DNA of 64,000 bases from an uncultured delta proteobacterium (GCA_963817385.1 CAWFOM010000012.1:32001-96000), one strand, 5' to 3'. Counted from the stretch's first letter, positions 50,767-59,232 are shown. The notes: generated by a model from the sequence alone, not told the origin. Program-made: numbers and translations.

Positions 50767-51375
50767 CTATGTAAAGGCGGATACATCGCCTTTTCCTACT
50801 CTGATGACCTCAACCCCTTCCGCAAGGAGGCTGACCACGCTGGAGGGCGTCGCGACCAGGATGCCGCCGTCGATGATCATATCCACCCGTTTGCCGAAGA
50901 GCTCCTCGATTATCCGGGGGTCGCTGAGGAGCTCGCCCTCCCCATCCTTGACGCTGGTGCTGATGACGGGAGATCCCATCTCGGCGACCAGCGCCTGGCA
51001 GATCTTGCTGTCGGGGATGCGGATACCGGTGGTCAGCCGTTTGGGGAGGATGATCTTGGGAACGATGCGGGAGGCCTCCAGGATGAAGGTGTAGGGACCG
51101 GGGAGGAGGCGTTTCATGATCTTGTAAGCGTCGTCGGAGACACGGGCGTAGTGGCTGATGTCTTTGAGATCGGAGCAGATGAAGCTCAGCGGCTGCTTCC
51201 GGTCTCGGCGTTGGATCTCGTAGATCCGCTCGATCCCTTTTTTGTTGAACAGATCGCACCCCATCCCGTAGACCGTATCGGTCGGGTAGATGATGATTCC
51301 TCCGCTCTTGAGGATCTCCACCGCCCTGCGGATCAACCGCATCTGGGGGTTCTGATTGTTGATCGCTACGAGCAT
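50767..51375 (-). CDS. Sua5/YciO/YrdC family (threonylcarbamoyl-AMP synthase-like)
   Basis: IYPTDTVYG, LLPGPYTFIL, GIRIP, ISTS, IIDGG. Confidence 0.92.
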   Translation of the reverse strand: MLVAINNQNPQMRLIRRAVEILKSGGIIIYPTDTVYGMGCDLFNKKGIERIYEIQRRDRKQPLSFICSDLKDISHYARVSDDAYKIMKRLLPGPYTFILEASRIVPKIILPKRLTTGIRIPDSKICQALVAEMGSPVISTSVKDGEGELLSDPRIIEELFGKRVDMIIDGGILVATPSSVVSLLAEGVEVIRVGKGDVSAFT

Positions 51376-51479
51376 GTTGCCCCTGTTTGATGCCGAAACC
51401 CACTCCCGGAATTACAATTGGGCAATTTATCAGAAACAGAGGCGATTATCAATGAGATAACATAAAAAAAGCAGGAGGA

Positions 51480-51605
51480 GATCCAGAAACCGGCTGACCC
51501 GATGGGCGTAGAAAGGCACATCCTTAGCCGGGCCAGATTCTTTTCCAGAAGGTACTTTTGGAACGCCGGTAGCTTATCATCGAGCGTTGTTGCCATTTTT
51601 CCCAT
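51480..51605 (-). pseudogene. N-terminal stub of an integron integrase-like gene
   Basis: KLPAFQKYLLEKNLA(P)AKDVPFYAHRVSRFLD across one frameshift; divergent from an attI/cassette array; rest of the gene absent. Confidence 0.55.
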
Positions 51606-51744
51606 ACTTTACCTACTTGGCTTTTGGTCTTTATTACCACAAAATATCCAAGGGTGAGAACTCATTTATTATTGATTTCATGTTGTAATTTCTCCTTTTT
51701 ATTTCTTTTGAAATGAAGTAGGATTGCACGAAAGTCTGGAAAGA

Positions 51745-51771
51745 ACCTGTTGGATATATTAATTGTTACCC
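51745..51771 (+). other. Putative attI recombination site (crossover G/TTACCC at 51765)
   Basis: GTTACCC is the exact reverse complement of the GGGTAAC inverse core that closes the first cassette. Confidence 0.65.
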
Positions 51772-51780
51772 ATGAAATAA

Positions 51781-51813
51781 AATGTTGCATAATGTTGCAT
51801 ATTGCAATATTAT
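51781..51813 (+). promoter_or_regulatory. TA cassette promoter with overlapping operator repeats
   Basis: TTGCAT-17-TATTAT; AATGTTGCAT twice and palindrome ATATTGCAATAT. Confidence 0.65.
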
Positions 51814-51841
51814 GTAGAAAAAGTAGTTTGGAGGGAAAATC

Positions 51842-52060
51842 ATGCCTACAGCAGTTAGAATATCAGAAGAACTGGTTGATGAAGCAAAGAGATTCAGCCG
51901 CATCGATCATCGTTCCCTAGCTGGTCAAATCGAGCATTGGGCGCGCATGGGGAAGTGTGCCGAGGAAAATCCGGATTTGTCATATTCACTTATTAAAGAA
52001 ATCTTGATCGGTCTTGATGAATTAGATCAGGGTGAAAAGACGGAATACAAGTTCGGATAG
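51842..52060 (+). CDS. ParD-like antitoxin
   Basis: VRIS.EL...A......RS..GQIEHWARMGK..EENPDL ribbon-helix-helix pattern. Confidence 0.88.
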   Translation: MPTAVRISEELVDEAKRFSRIDHRSLAGQIEHWARMGKCAEENPDLSYSLIKEILIGLDELDQGEKTEYKFG

Positions 52061-52066
52061 GCTGCT

Positions 52067-52348
52067 ATGAATATTTTCCAATCGAGATCGTTTGAGAAAA
52101 AAGTAAAGAAAATGTCTAAAGCTGAAAAAGATGCTTTAGATCGTGAAGTGAGAAATATTGCTGAAAACCCGAATATTGGTGAAGAGAAAAAGGGTGATTT
52201 GAAAGGTGTGTTTGTCCATAAATTCAAGCTCAAGACGAATTTATATTTGTTGGCATATAGGAAAGCCGGCACAAATTTGGAACTTGTCATGATTGGCTCT
52301 CATGAAAATTACTATCGTGATCTCAAGAGCTACTTAAAAAGCAGATAA
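52067..52348 (+). CDS. RelE/ParE-like toxin
   Basis: F.KK.KK...I.ENP.IGE.KKGDL.GV.VHKF...LLAY...GSHENYYRDLK; basic 93 aa protein following the antitoxin. Confidence 0.88.
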   Translation: MNIFQSRSFEKKVKKMSKAEKDALDREVRNIAENPNIGEEKKGDLKGVFVHKFKLKTNLYLLAYRKAGTNLELVMIGSHENYYRDLKSYLKSR

Positions 52349-52351
52349 ATC

Positions 52352-52415
52352 GGGTAACCAGTTGCTGCACCGGATCGGCGTGCACGCACGCCTCCAGGTG
52401 AGCTTTTCGTTATGC
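52352..52415 (+). other. attC site 1
   Basis: GGGTAAC...GCTGCAC...GTGAGC...GTTATGC imperfect palindrome, 64 bp. Confidence 0.8.
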
Positions 52416-52506
52416 AAACTGGAAATCGAAGTACGGCGGCATGAGCGCTTCGGATTTGAAGCGCCTGAAAGAGATGGAACGGGAACTCTCGCAGCTCAAG
52501 CGGATG
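52416..52506 (+). mobile_element. IS3-family OrfA fragment carried as cassette content
   Basis: Translates as NWKSKYGGMSASDLKRLKEMERELSQLKRM. Confidence 0.75.
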
Positions 52507-52568
52507 GATAACAAAGGCAATCCACCGGCCGGGTTTCACCCGGTTCCCCGTGAGCTTTGCCGTTGGGT
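52506..52568 (+). other. attC site 2
   Basis: GGATAAC...CCAC...GTGAGC...GTTGGGT, 63 bp. Confidence 0.7.
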
Positions 52569-52605
52569 GGTTGAGAAAGCTCACACAAATGTCGAAGGGG
52601 AAGAC

Positions 52606-52992
52606 ATGGAAACTGATCCAACAGCACCCAAGACTATCGATGACTACATCGCGGGCTTCCCACAAGACGTTCAAGAGATTCTAGAGAAGATAAGATCGAC
52701 CATTAAGAAGGCGGCCCCAGACGCGGAAGAAACAATCAGCTATCAAATGCCGACTTTTACCCTGAAAGGTAATTTGGTTCATTTTGCGGCTTTCAAAAGC
52801 CATTTCGGGTTTTATCCTACGCCGACCGGAACTGAGAAATTCCAGAAGGAGCTATCTGTTTATAAGGGCGCAAAGGGTTCGGTCAGATTTCCAATAGACA
52901 AGCCAATTCCGTTCGCCCTGATCGGCAAAATCGTGAAGTTCAGGGTAAAGGAAAACTTGGAAAGAGCAGCAGCAAAAGGGAAGAAGAAATAG
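52606..52992 (+). CDS. DUF1801 (YdhG-like) protein, gene cassette
   Basis: TIDDYIAGFP, AAPDAEETISYQMPTF, HFAAFK.H.GFYP, KGSVRFP; GGGGA RBS before ATG 52606. Confidence 0.9.
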   Translation: METDPTAPKTIDDYIAGFPQDVQEILEKIRSTIKKAAPDAEETISYQMPTFTLKGNLVHFAAFKSHFGFYPTPTGTEKFQKELSVYKGAKGSVRFPIDKPIPFALIGKIVKFRVKENLERAAAKGKKK

Positions 52993-52999
52993 TGACCAT

Positions 53000-53092
53000 T
53001 CCCATTGGCAGGCGTTCGAGCGCATTCGACGGCAGCCTTGCCGAGCAAGCTCGGAAGCCTGCCGTCGAAACGCTCAACTGCCGCCGTTCGCT
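53000..53092 (+). other. Degenerate attC site 3
   Basis: GTTCGAGCG...TTCGACGGCAG...CTGCCGTCGAA...CGCTCAAC...GTTCGCT palindrome; the inverse-core AAC is not intact. Confidence 0.55.
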
Positions 53093-53101
53093 GGATGAAT
53101 C

Positions 53102-53662
53102 TCAGCGCGCCTTAAGCCAGGCCTCCACGACGTCCTGATGCTGCCGGGCGAATTGCCCGTGGAGCACCGTTCCGATATCGAACCAGGCGAGCGTCTCATA
53201 CCAGGGAGGGGTGCGGAGCTCACTGCCATTCCCGAGCGAGATCTCGAAGAGAAAATGAACGTCATAGTGCATCTCCCCGGGGGCGATGGCCGGCTCATAG
53301 AAGAAGGTTGCGACGCGCGGCTCCGGGTAGGCAAGGCCCCGGTCGAGGAGGAGGATCTCCTCGCCTATGTGCCGCGCGGCCTCCCGCGGGTCCTCGCCGA
53401 ATTTCAGGTGTCGCGCGGGGAGTGTCCAGCCGTGGGCGTTGGCCCTGATCCGTTTGTCGTCCATGCCGGCGAGTCTCTCCCAAGCCGGATGCGGGGCATA
53501 TTTCCCCAATAGGATTCTCTCTCCGCTCACCACAAACAAAAATGCGCACAGGCACATCCCGCCTCGCGGCACGCTTGTAAACCCTTTCGGCGGAGCGAAC
53601 GGCGCCAGCCAGAGAAAAGCATCCGTTGCGGTATCTTCGCGGTCGAAGGACGAGGGGCTCAT
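53102..53662 (-). CDS. NUDIX-fold protein (degenerate Nudix box)
   Basis: ILLG, WTLP..HL.FGEDP.EAA.HI.EE.L, HYDVHFLF, LAWF. Confidence 0.7.
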   Translation of the reverse strand: MSPSSFDREDTATDAFLWLAPFAPPKGFTSVPRGGMCLCAFLFVVSGERILLGKYAPHPAWERLAGMDDKRIRANAHGWTLPARHLKFGEDPREAARHIGEEILLLDRGLAYPEPRVATFFYEPAIAPGEMHYDVHFLFEISLGNGSELRTPPWYETLAWFDIGTVLHGQFARQHQDVVEAWLKAR

Positions 53663-53684
53663 CTTTTTTTCTCCAAGGAGTTTT

Positions 53685-55289
53685 TTATTTTAACCTTCCC
53701 ATTCGCGTGTTCTTGTTCAGGTTGTCCTTGCTCAGCTTGTACTGGATGCTGTCCACGAGGGCCTGCCAGCTCGCTTCGATGATGTTCTCGGAGACGCCGA
53801 TCGTACTCCACAGCTCCTCCCCGTCCCGGGAATCGAGGAGCACCTTGACCCGCGCCGCCGTTCCCTCGCTCCCTTCCACGATGCGGACCTTGAAATCGAC
53901 CAGGTGCATCTCGCCGATCTGGGGGTAGAATTTCGTCAGGGCCTTCCGGAGGGCGTGGTCGAGGGCGTTGACCGGGCCGTTTCCCTCCGCCGCGGTCAGC
54001 TCCACCTCGCTGCCGACGGAGATCTTGATCGTCGCCTGGCAGAGGGAGGGGTTGTTTCCGGTCTTGCCGTTCGTGACGTTGAAACACTCGAGCGTGAAGG
54101 GCTCCTTGAAGGCGCCGGTGATCTTCTTCATGAGGAGCGCAAGCGACCCGTCGGCCGCATCGAACTGGAACCCCTGGTCCTCCAGCCGCTTGATCTCCCG
54201 GACGATCTTCTTGTTCAAGGCATCGTTCGTGCCGACATCGATGCCGAACTCCTTCGCCTTGAAGGCGATGTTGCTCTTCCCGGCGAGGTCGGAGACGATG
54301 ACCCGCTGCTGGTTTCCGACCCACTCGGGCGGGATGTGCTCGTAGGCCTGCGGGTTCTTGGCGACGGCGTTGACATGGACGCCCCCCTTGTGGGCGAAGG
54401 CGCTCCGTCCGACGAAGGGGCGGAAGGGGAGCGGCCGGACGTTGGCGACTTCGCTCACGTAGTAGGAGAGGTTCGTCAACTGCCTCAGGGAGGCCGCCGG
54501 GAGACACCGCCGGTTCATCTTGAGCTGGAGGTTCGCGATCACGGCCGTCAGATCGGCGTTTCCGCACCGCTCGCCGTAGCCGTTGACCGTTCCCTGGACC
54601 ATGACCACGCCCGCCTGAACCGCCGCGATGGTGTTCGCCACGGCGAGGCCGCCGTCGTTATGGGCATGGATGCCGAGGCGGTCAAGGGGGACGACCGCCG
54701 CAACCTTCAGCACGGCCCCGGTCAGGTCGTGGGGCAGGGTGCCGCCGTTCGTGTCGCACAGGACGATCCGGTCCGCCCCGGCGGCGAGGGCCGCCTTCAG
54801 GGTCGAGAGGGCGTAGGCCGGGTTTCGCCGGTACCCGTCGAAGAAGTGCTCCGCATCGAAGATTACCTCTTTGCCCCGTCCCTTCAGAAAGGTGACCGTG
54901 TCGCGGATGATCTCCAGGTTCTCTTTGAGGGGAATGCCGAGGATCTCCGTGACGTGGAGATCCCAGCTCTTCCCGAAGACGGCGACGGCCGGCGTTTCCG
55001 CCTTGAGGAGGGCCTTGAGGTTCCGGCAGTTTTCGGGTCGGATTCCCGGTTTCCGCGTGCTCCCGAAGGCGGTCAGCCGGGCGTGCCGAAAGACGATCCC
55101 CTTGGCCATCTCGAAGAAGCGGATGTCCTTGGGATTGGAGCCCGGCCATCCCCCTTCGATGTAGTGGAACCCCATCTCGTCCAGGCGCTGGGCGATCCGC
55201 AGCTTCTCCTCCGCGGAAAAGTTGATGTGTTCGCCCTGCGTGCCGTCCCTCAGGGTCGTGTCGTAGATGAATACTTCCCGTGCTTTCAT
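53685..55289 (-). CDS. cimA: Citramalate synthase (LeuA/CimA family)
   Basis: YDTTLRDGTQGE, YIEGGWPGSNPKD, GKSWDLHV, FDAEHFFDG, HAHND, GYGERCGNA, AHKGG.H, regulatory GNGPVNALD.ALRKAL. Confidence 0.93.
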   Translation of the reverse strand: MKAREVFIYDTTLRDGTQGEHINFSAEEKLRIAQRLDEMGFHYIEGGWPGSNPKDIRFFEMAKGIVFRHARLTAFGSTRKPGIRPENCRNLKALLKAETPAVAVFGKSWDLHVTEILGIPLKENLEIIRDTVTFLKGRGKEVIFDAEHFFDGYRRNPAYALSTLKAALAAGADRIVLCDTNGGTLPHDLTGAVLKVAAVVPLDRLGIHAHNDGGLAVANTIAAVQAGVVMVQGTVNGYGERCGNADLTAVIANLQLKMNRRCLPAASLRQLTNLSYYVSEVANVRPLPFRPFVGRSAFAHKGGVHVNAVAKNPQAYEHIPPEWVGNQQRVIVSDLAGKSNIAFKAKEFGIDVGTNDALNKKIVREIKRLEDQGFQFDAADGSLALLMKKITGAFKEPFTLECFNVTNGKTGNNPSLCQATIKISVGSEVELTAAEGNGPVNALDHALRKALTKFYPQIGEMHLVDFKVRIVEGSEGTAARVKVLLDSRDGEELWSTIGVSENIIEASWQALVDSIQYKLSKDNLNKNTRMGRLK

Positions 55290-55310
55290 GGCTCCCCCTC
55301 GCTTTGCCAA

Positions 55311-55348
55311 TAAAAAATCCGTTATCGGTTCGCACCTGATAACGGATT
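55311..55348 (-). terminator. Attenuator terminator in the cimA leader
   Basis: Minus strand AATCCGTTATC(A)GGT-gcga-ACCGATAACGGATT then TTTT, just upstream of the cimA RBS. Confidence 0.85.
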
Positions 55349-55377
55349 CGTCGATTCCTGCGTTCTTTTTGCCGAGA

Positions 55378-55482
55378 CTATCCCCCTATCAGGCCGCTGT
55401 ATGTGGGCCCGATAATTATGCCTCCGATCGCCTCGACGGCGGACTGCTTCCGGTGTTGGTCTCTGCCGGTCATACTCACCAT
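55378..55482 (-). CDS. Ile-rich leader peptide of cimA
   Basis: MVSMTGRDQHRKQSAVEAIGGIIIGPTYSGLIGG* (ATC GGA GGC ATA ATT ATC); lies between a TTGACA-17-TATGAG promoter (55539-55511) and the terminator. Confidence 0.75.
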   Translation of the reverse strand: MVSMTGRDQHRKQSAVEAIGGIIIGPTYSGLIGG

Positions 55483-55566
55483 TGCCTCTGACAAACGTTC
55501 TTATGCAGATCTCATAAAACTTTCCCCGGGGTTTGTCAAACAAAAAATTCCGTTCATCCTGCCATG

Positions 55567-56814
55567 TTAGACATCGGCTATCAAGGTTGCATGGGATTCC
55601 TCCTCCGGATTGGGAAGGCGATAATCGGAACGCGCGTTTTTTTCATCCCAGGCGAAATCTTCACACCCCAGTTCGAGGAACCGCTCGTGAATCATCTTTT
55701 CGTAATGCATCCGGATTGACCGGACATGTCGATGGATATCCTGATTTCTCTCCCGCTGGGCGGTGTTCCCGATATACTGGAGATAGCACAGCTTGGGAAC
55801 CTTGATCATCCGGGTCTTCAGAAAAGTCCTGACCAGGATCTCGTAATCGTCCGCCACATGAAGCTCCTTGTTATGCCCCCCGATCGATTCATAAAAAGAC
55901 CTTCTCCACGCACGGACGTGGTTCGGGGTAGAGACAATATGCCGGATCGTCTTGGGATTGATGTTGCCGGCGTTGCCCGACTTGTATACGGTGCCCCGAT
56001 ATTCAACATCCTTATAGGAACCGTAGCCGAATGCCCAGCCATCCCGGTAGGTGTGGCTTGTCCGATCCTCGTAAATCTCGGCACTGTCGGTATATAGAAA
56101 CCCGGCGTCCGTGAACTGTTTGAAGCCTTTCACCACGCAATCCAGGGCATAGTCGGTCAACTCGTCATCATGGTCCAGCTCGACGAGCAGGTGCCCCTTG
56201 GCGAGGCTGCATGCCCAGTTCTTTACCTTCCCGATGATCCCCGAGTGCTCCCAGGGTTTGAAGACCTGTATCCGGTGATCCTCTTCGGCGATGCTGCTGA
56301 GAACTTTAAATGTCTTGCCGTCATCATCCGAATCATCCACGATGACCCATTCCCAGTTGGTATAGGTCTGTTCCTTCAGCGAGCGGTATGGCCGCCGGAT
56401 TCTCTCCCCGGTCTTATAGGCGGCGGTAAAGACGGTAACGAGGGGTTTCCCGTCCGCATCCCCATCGTCGAACATGTTCGTCATATAACGGTTGTAGGCA
56501 GACATGCCGAGCTGATTCAGGTCCGGCAGGGTATCATAGTGAAGCCATTTCTTCTGGATCTCGAAAGGCGCGGTCATGACATTGGGGTAGGATGATCGGT
56601 TCCCGATCGTGATAATGACATGCGGCTTATCCCGGATGAGAATCTGTTCGAGGTTGCGATCGGACGGATAACAGCGACAATCAAGCCGCTTCTCCTCATA
56701 GACTTCCTCGATGGGGGTGACCAACTCCACATCCTTATGGCCGAAGATACAGATTACCGGCAACTTCCCATCCCTTGCGGGAAATAATTTATTTGCATAC
56801 GTTATTAAATTCAT
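55567..56814 (-). CDS. Family 2 glycosyltransferase with N-terminal extension
   Basis: PLVTVFTAAY, SL.EQTY.NWEWVIVDD, ELDHDD, LYTD, ADDYE. Confidence 0.9.
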   Translation of the reverse strand: MNLITYANKLFPARDGKLPVICIFGHKDVELVTPIEEVYEEKRLDCRCYPSDRNLEQILIRDKPHVIITIGNRSSYPNVMTAPFEIQKKWLHYDTLPDLNQLGMSAYNRYMTNMFDDGDADGKPLVTVFTAAYKTGERIRRPYRSLKEQTYTNWEWVIVDDSDDDGKTFKVLSSIAEEDHRIQVFKPWEHSGIIGKVKNWACSLAKGHLLVELDHDDELTDYALDCVVKGFKQFTDAGFLYTDSAEIYEDRTSHTYRDGWAFGYGSYKDVEYRGTVYKSGNAGNINPKTIRHIVSTPNHVRAWRRSFYESIGGHNKELHVADDYEILVRTFLKTRMIKVPKLCYLQYIGNTAQRERNQDIHRHVRSIRMHYEKMIHERFLELGCEDFAWDEKNARSDYRLPNPEEESHATLIADV

Positions 56815-56881
56815 AATAAGCTTTCTTTTGACACCGGTCCCCTTGGCTGTCTGCGGACCGGACTCATCGACAAAAAACAAG

Positions 56882-56924
56882 GCTTTTCAGGACGGCACGC
56901 ATGATGCGCGCCGTCCTGAAAAGC
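56882..56924. other. Strong intergenic hairpin
   Basis: GCTTTTCAGGACGGC...GCCGTCCTGAAAAGC 15-bp arms. Confidence 0.65.
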
Positions 56925-56955
56925 GCTCGCGGAAACGGGCTGCCGCGATGACCTG

Positions 56956-57180
56956 CTATCCGTACGGAACGATGGCCGGTGTGCCGCATTCCGCACATTT
57001 GGCCGCAAATTCATCGTCGGGCGAGAAGGTGTGGGGATATACCATGGCAAAGCTGATAAGGAAGACGGCGATTTGCCAGGTGCGAAGCGCGATCTGTAGG
57101 GGCCGGGGATGAACCGATACATGCGGCGTTTCCTTTTTGCAGCGGGCGCAAAGGTGACGATACGTCTTGTCGGCACTCAT
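56956..57180 (-). CDS. Small membrane protein with two CxxC pairs flanking a hydrophobic segment
   Basis: CARC...H, hydrophobic stretch, CAECG; AGGAGG RBS. Confidence 0.65.
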   Translation of the reverse strand: MSADKTYRHLCARCKKETPHVSVHPRPLQIALRTWQIAVFLISFAMVYPHTFSPDDEFAAKCAECGTPAIVPYG

Positions 57181-57373
57181 GATGCTTTCCTCCTGAATAA
57201 GACGGCCCGGGTTTTTCAGCAAGCTACTGCCTGAAAACACGATGCCGTCGCTGAAATCCCTGATTCGGGGAAGATGCGCATGCAGACTCCCTGTCGTGAA
57301 CGACTGGCTGATTATTCAGCCGTCGGCCAACAAGGGGTTTGATGCGAACGGGTAATGCGAACAGAGAGTGGCT

Positions 57374-57664
57374 TTAAGACAGGGAGGGAGGAGCCCTGAA
57401 ACCGCAGGGCAGCAGATGCATAAAGGAGATTTGAACTGATTCCTTCCGTTGAACGGAGAGCAACCGGAGAATCGGCTCCGGTGCGGAGACGGAGTCAGTT
57501 ACGACGCCGGTTGTGACATTGTTGTCCAGACTGCTGTAAGGGCAGGAGAGGATGAGAAGTTCTTCGCGCAGATCGAGGATGTCAGCCGTGAACGCGGAAA
57601 AAGCGAGAAAAAGGACGGCAAGAAACAAGAGTTTTCTTTTGCGAAACTGATCAGACGCAATCAT
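57374..57664 (-). CDS. Small signal/TM protein ending in RAPP (DUF2946-like architecture)
   Basis: N-terminal hydrophobic segment, C-terminal CGFRAPPSLS*; GAGGA RBS and TTGACA-17-TATTTT promoter upstream. Confidence 0.65.
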   Translation of the reverse strand: MIASDQFRKRKLLFLAVLFLAFSAFTADILDLREELLILSCPYSSLDNNVTTGVVTDSVSAPEPILRLLSVQRKESVQISFMHLLPCGFRAPPSLS

Positions 57665-57841
57665 ATCTGATTCCTCTCTAATTTTCAAAATAAGCACATT
57701 TATTAGTCATGTCAAGAACAATTCGGTAACCGGCAACAACATCCGGGAAAGATTATCCTTGACATCATGGTATTTTCTCCTTATCACTCCGGCGTTACGG
57801 AAAAGGTTTGGCTGATTGCTCAATATCGAAGGAGATGAAAC

Positions 57842-58570
57842 ATGATCATAGATCGGGAAACCTGCATCGGATGCGGGGATTGCGTCTTTACCTGCACGGT
57901 CGGCGCCATCAGTCTCAAAGATGATAAGGCGGAGATCGACCGGGTGGGATGCGTGGAATGCGGAAATTGCCTGAGGATTGCCGGATGCCCGACGGACGCC
58001 CTGCAGCAAGATGAGCTCGTCTGGCCGAGGATCGTCCGCAAGTACTTCAGCGACAACCAGTTCAAGTGGCCCAAGGAGATGCGCTACACCACGGGATACG
58101 GCAGAGGAACCGAGGAGTGTAAGACCAACGATCGCACCGGGAAATTCAGGCGCGGTGAAGTGGGCATCATGGTGGAACTCGGAAGACCCAACACCGGCAC
58201 CACTTTGTCCAATGCGGAAAAAATCATCCGGACGCTGATGGCGGCCGGAGCCGAAATGGCCGAAAAATCCCCTATCACGGCGATGTTGAGCGACCCGGGA
58301 AAAGGGATCATGAAGGAGGAAATCCGGAATGAACGGGTCCTTTCCTGCATCGTCGAGGCCAAGGTGAAGCTCGCGGATCTCGAACGGGCGCTCGATCTTC
58401 TGAAACAGGTTTCCCGGGAACTCGATACGGTCTTCAGCTTGGGTCTGGTAACCCGGATGGAAGAGGGGTTCATCTCCCCCATCGAGCCGACCCTCCGGAA
58501 AATGGGACTGCAGGTCAGGCACAATGCAAAAATGAATCTCGGTATGGGGAAACCTCTTCGTGAGGAGTAG
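57842..58570 (+). CDS. 2x[4Fe-4S] ferredoxin-domain protein with an uncharacterised C-terminal domain
   Basis: CIGCGDCVFTC, CVECGNC...CP, then GRGTEECKTND.TG, ELGRP..G, VLSCIVE, AKMNLG.G. Confidence 0.85.
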   Translation: MIIDRETCIGCGDCVFTCTVGAISLKDDKAEIDRVGCVECGNCLRIAGCPTDALQQDELVWPRIVRKYFSDNQFKWPKEMRYTTGYGRGTEECKTNDRTGKFRRGEVGIMVELGRPNTGTTLSNAEKIIRTLMAAGAEMAEKSPITAMLSDPGKGIMKEEIRNERVLSCIVEAKVKLADLERALDLLKQVSRELDTVFSLGLVTRMEEGFISPIEPTLRKMGLQVRHNAKMNLGMGKPLREE

Positions 58571-58590
58571 CGGGGAAAGGAGCGTTAACC

Positions 58591-59232
58591 ATGAGTCACT
58601 CGGCGCATCGGTTTGGAACGAAAGAAGATCTCAAGAGAGATTATGTTGTTTTTGTCAGGCCTGCGGGCGGGCTGGATGATATCGATGAGGAGACCAAACG
58701 GGAAACCGTGAGAAAAACGAAGATACTGGCCGATATCGTCCATAAGCACGGACCCGCCGGCATCGGCCGAACCGCGACCGGCAGTACGTCGCAGGGGTGC
58801 GAGTACGACCGGATCATGGAAAAACCGGAGTTGAACGGGTTCATGTCGGTATTCACCGACAAGGAGAAGGCGGAACAGGTCCTGCGGGAATTCAAGGAGC
58901 AGGATCTCGGTCTTTCCGTCGTAGCCAGCGGTCTGACGGAAGACCTTTTTGACATCTGCAAGCGGGTGGGTCTGAAGCCCCATACGATCCTCTTTTCTCT
59001 CGGCGTCTGGGGCAAGACGGAACTCCTTCCCAGTGAAGACCACCTCAAGATCACCACGCTCTGCGGGCACAGCATGGTTTCTCCGGCGTTGATCGATCAT
59101 TACGTGGATGAAATCAAGAAGGGGAATATCACGCCGGAAGAAGCCGGGAAAAAGGTCGGGAAACCCTGCCCCTGCGGCATCTATAATGTTCCCCGGACGG
59201 TCGAGGAACTCAAAAAGATGGCCGCCAGGTAG
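58591..59232 (+). CDS. Conserved hypothetical Cys/His metalloprotein
   Basis: MSHSAHR.G, SLGVWG.T, TLCGHSMVS, CPCGIYN; follows the ferredoxin-domain gene by 20 bp. Confidence 0.75.
   Translation: MSHSAHRFGTKEDLKRDYVVFVRPAGGLDDIDEETKRETVRKTKILADIVHKHGPAGIGRTATGSTSQGCEYDRIMEKPELNGFMSVFTDKEKAEQVLREFKEQDLGLSVVASGLTEDLFDICKRVGLKPHTILFSLGVWGKTELLPSEDHLKITTLCGHSMVSPALIDHYVDEIKKGNITPEEAGKKVGKPCPCGIYNVPRTVEELKKMAAR

Noticed and set aside
52441..52992. 183-aa ORF as a single genuine protein
   Set aside because: It is an in-frame join of an IS3 fragment, an attC site and the DUF1801 gene, which has its own RBS and ATG at 52606
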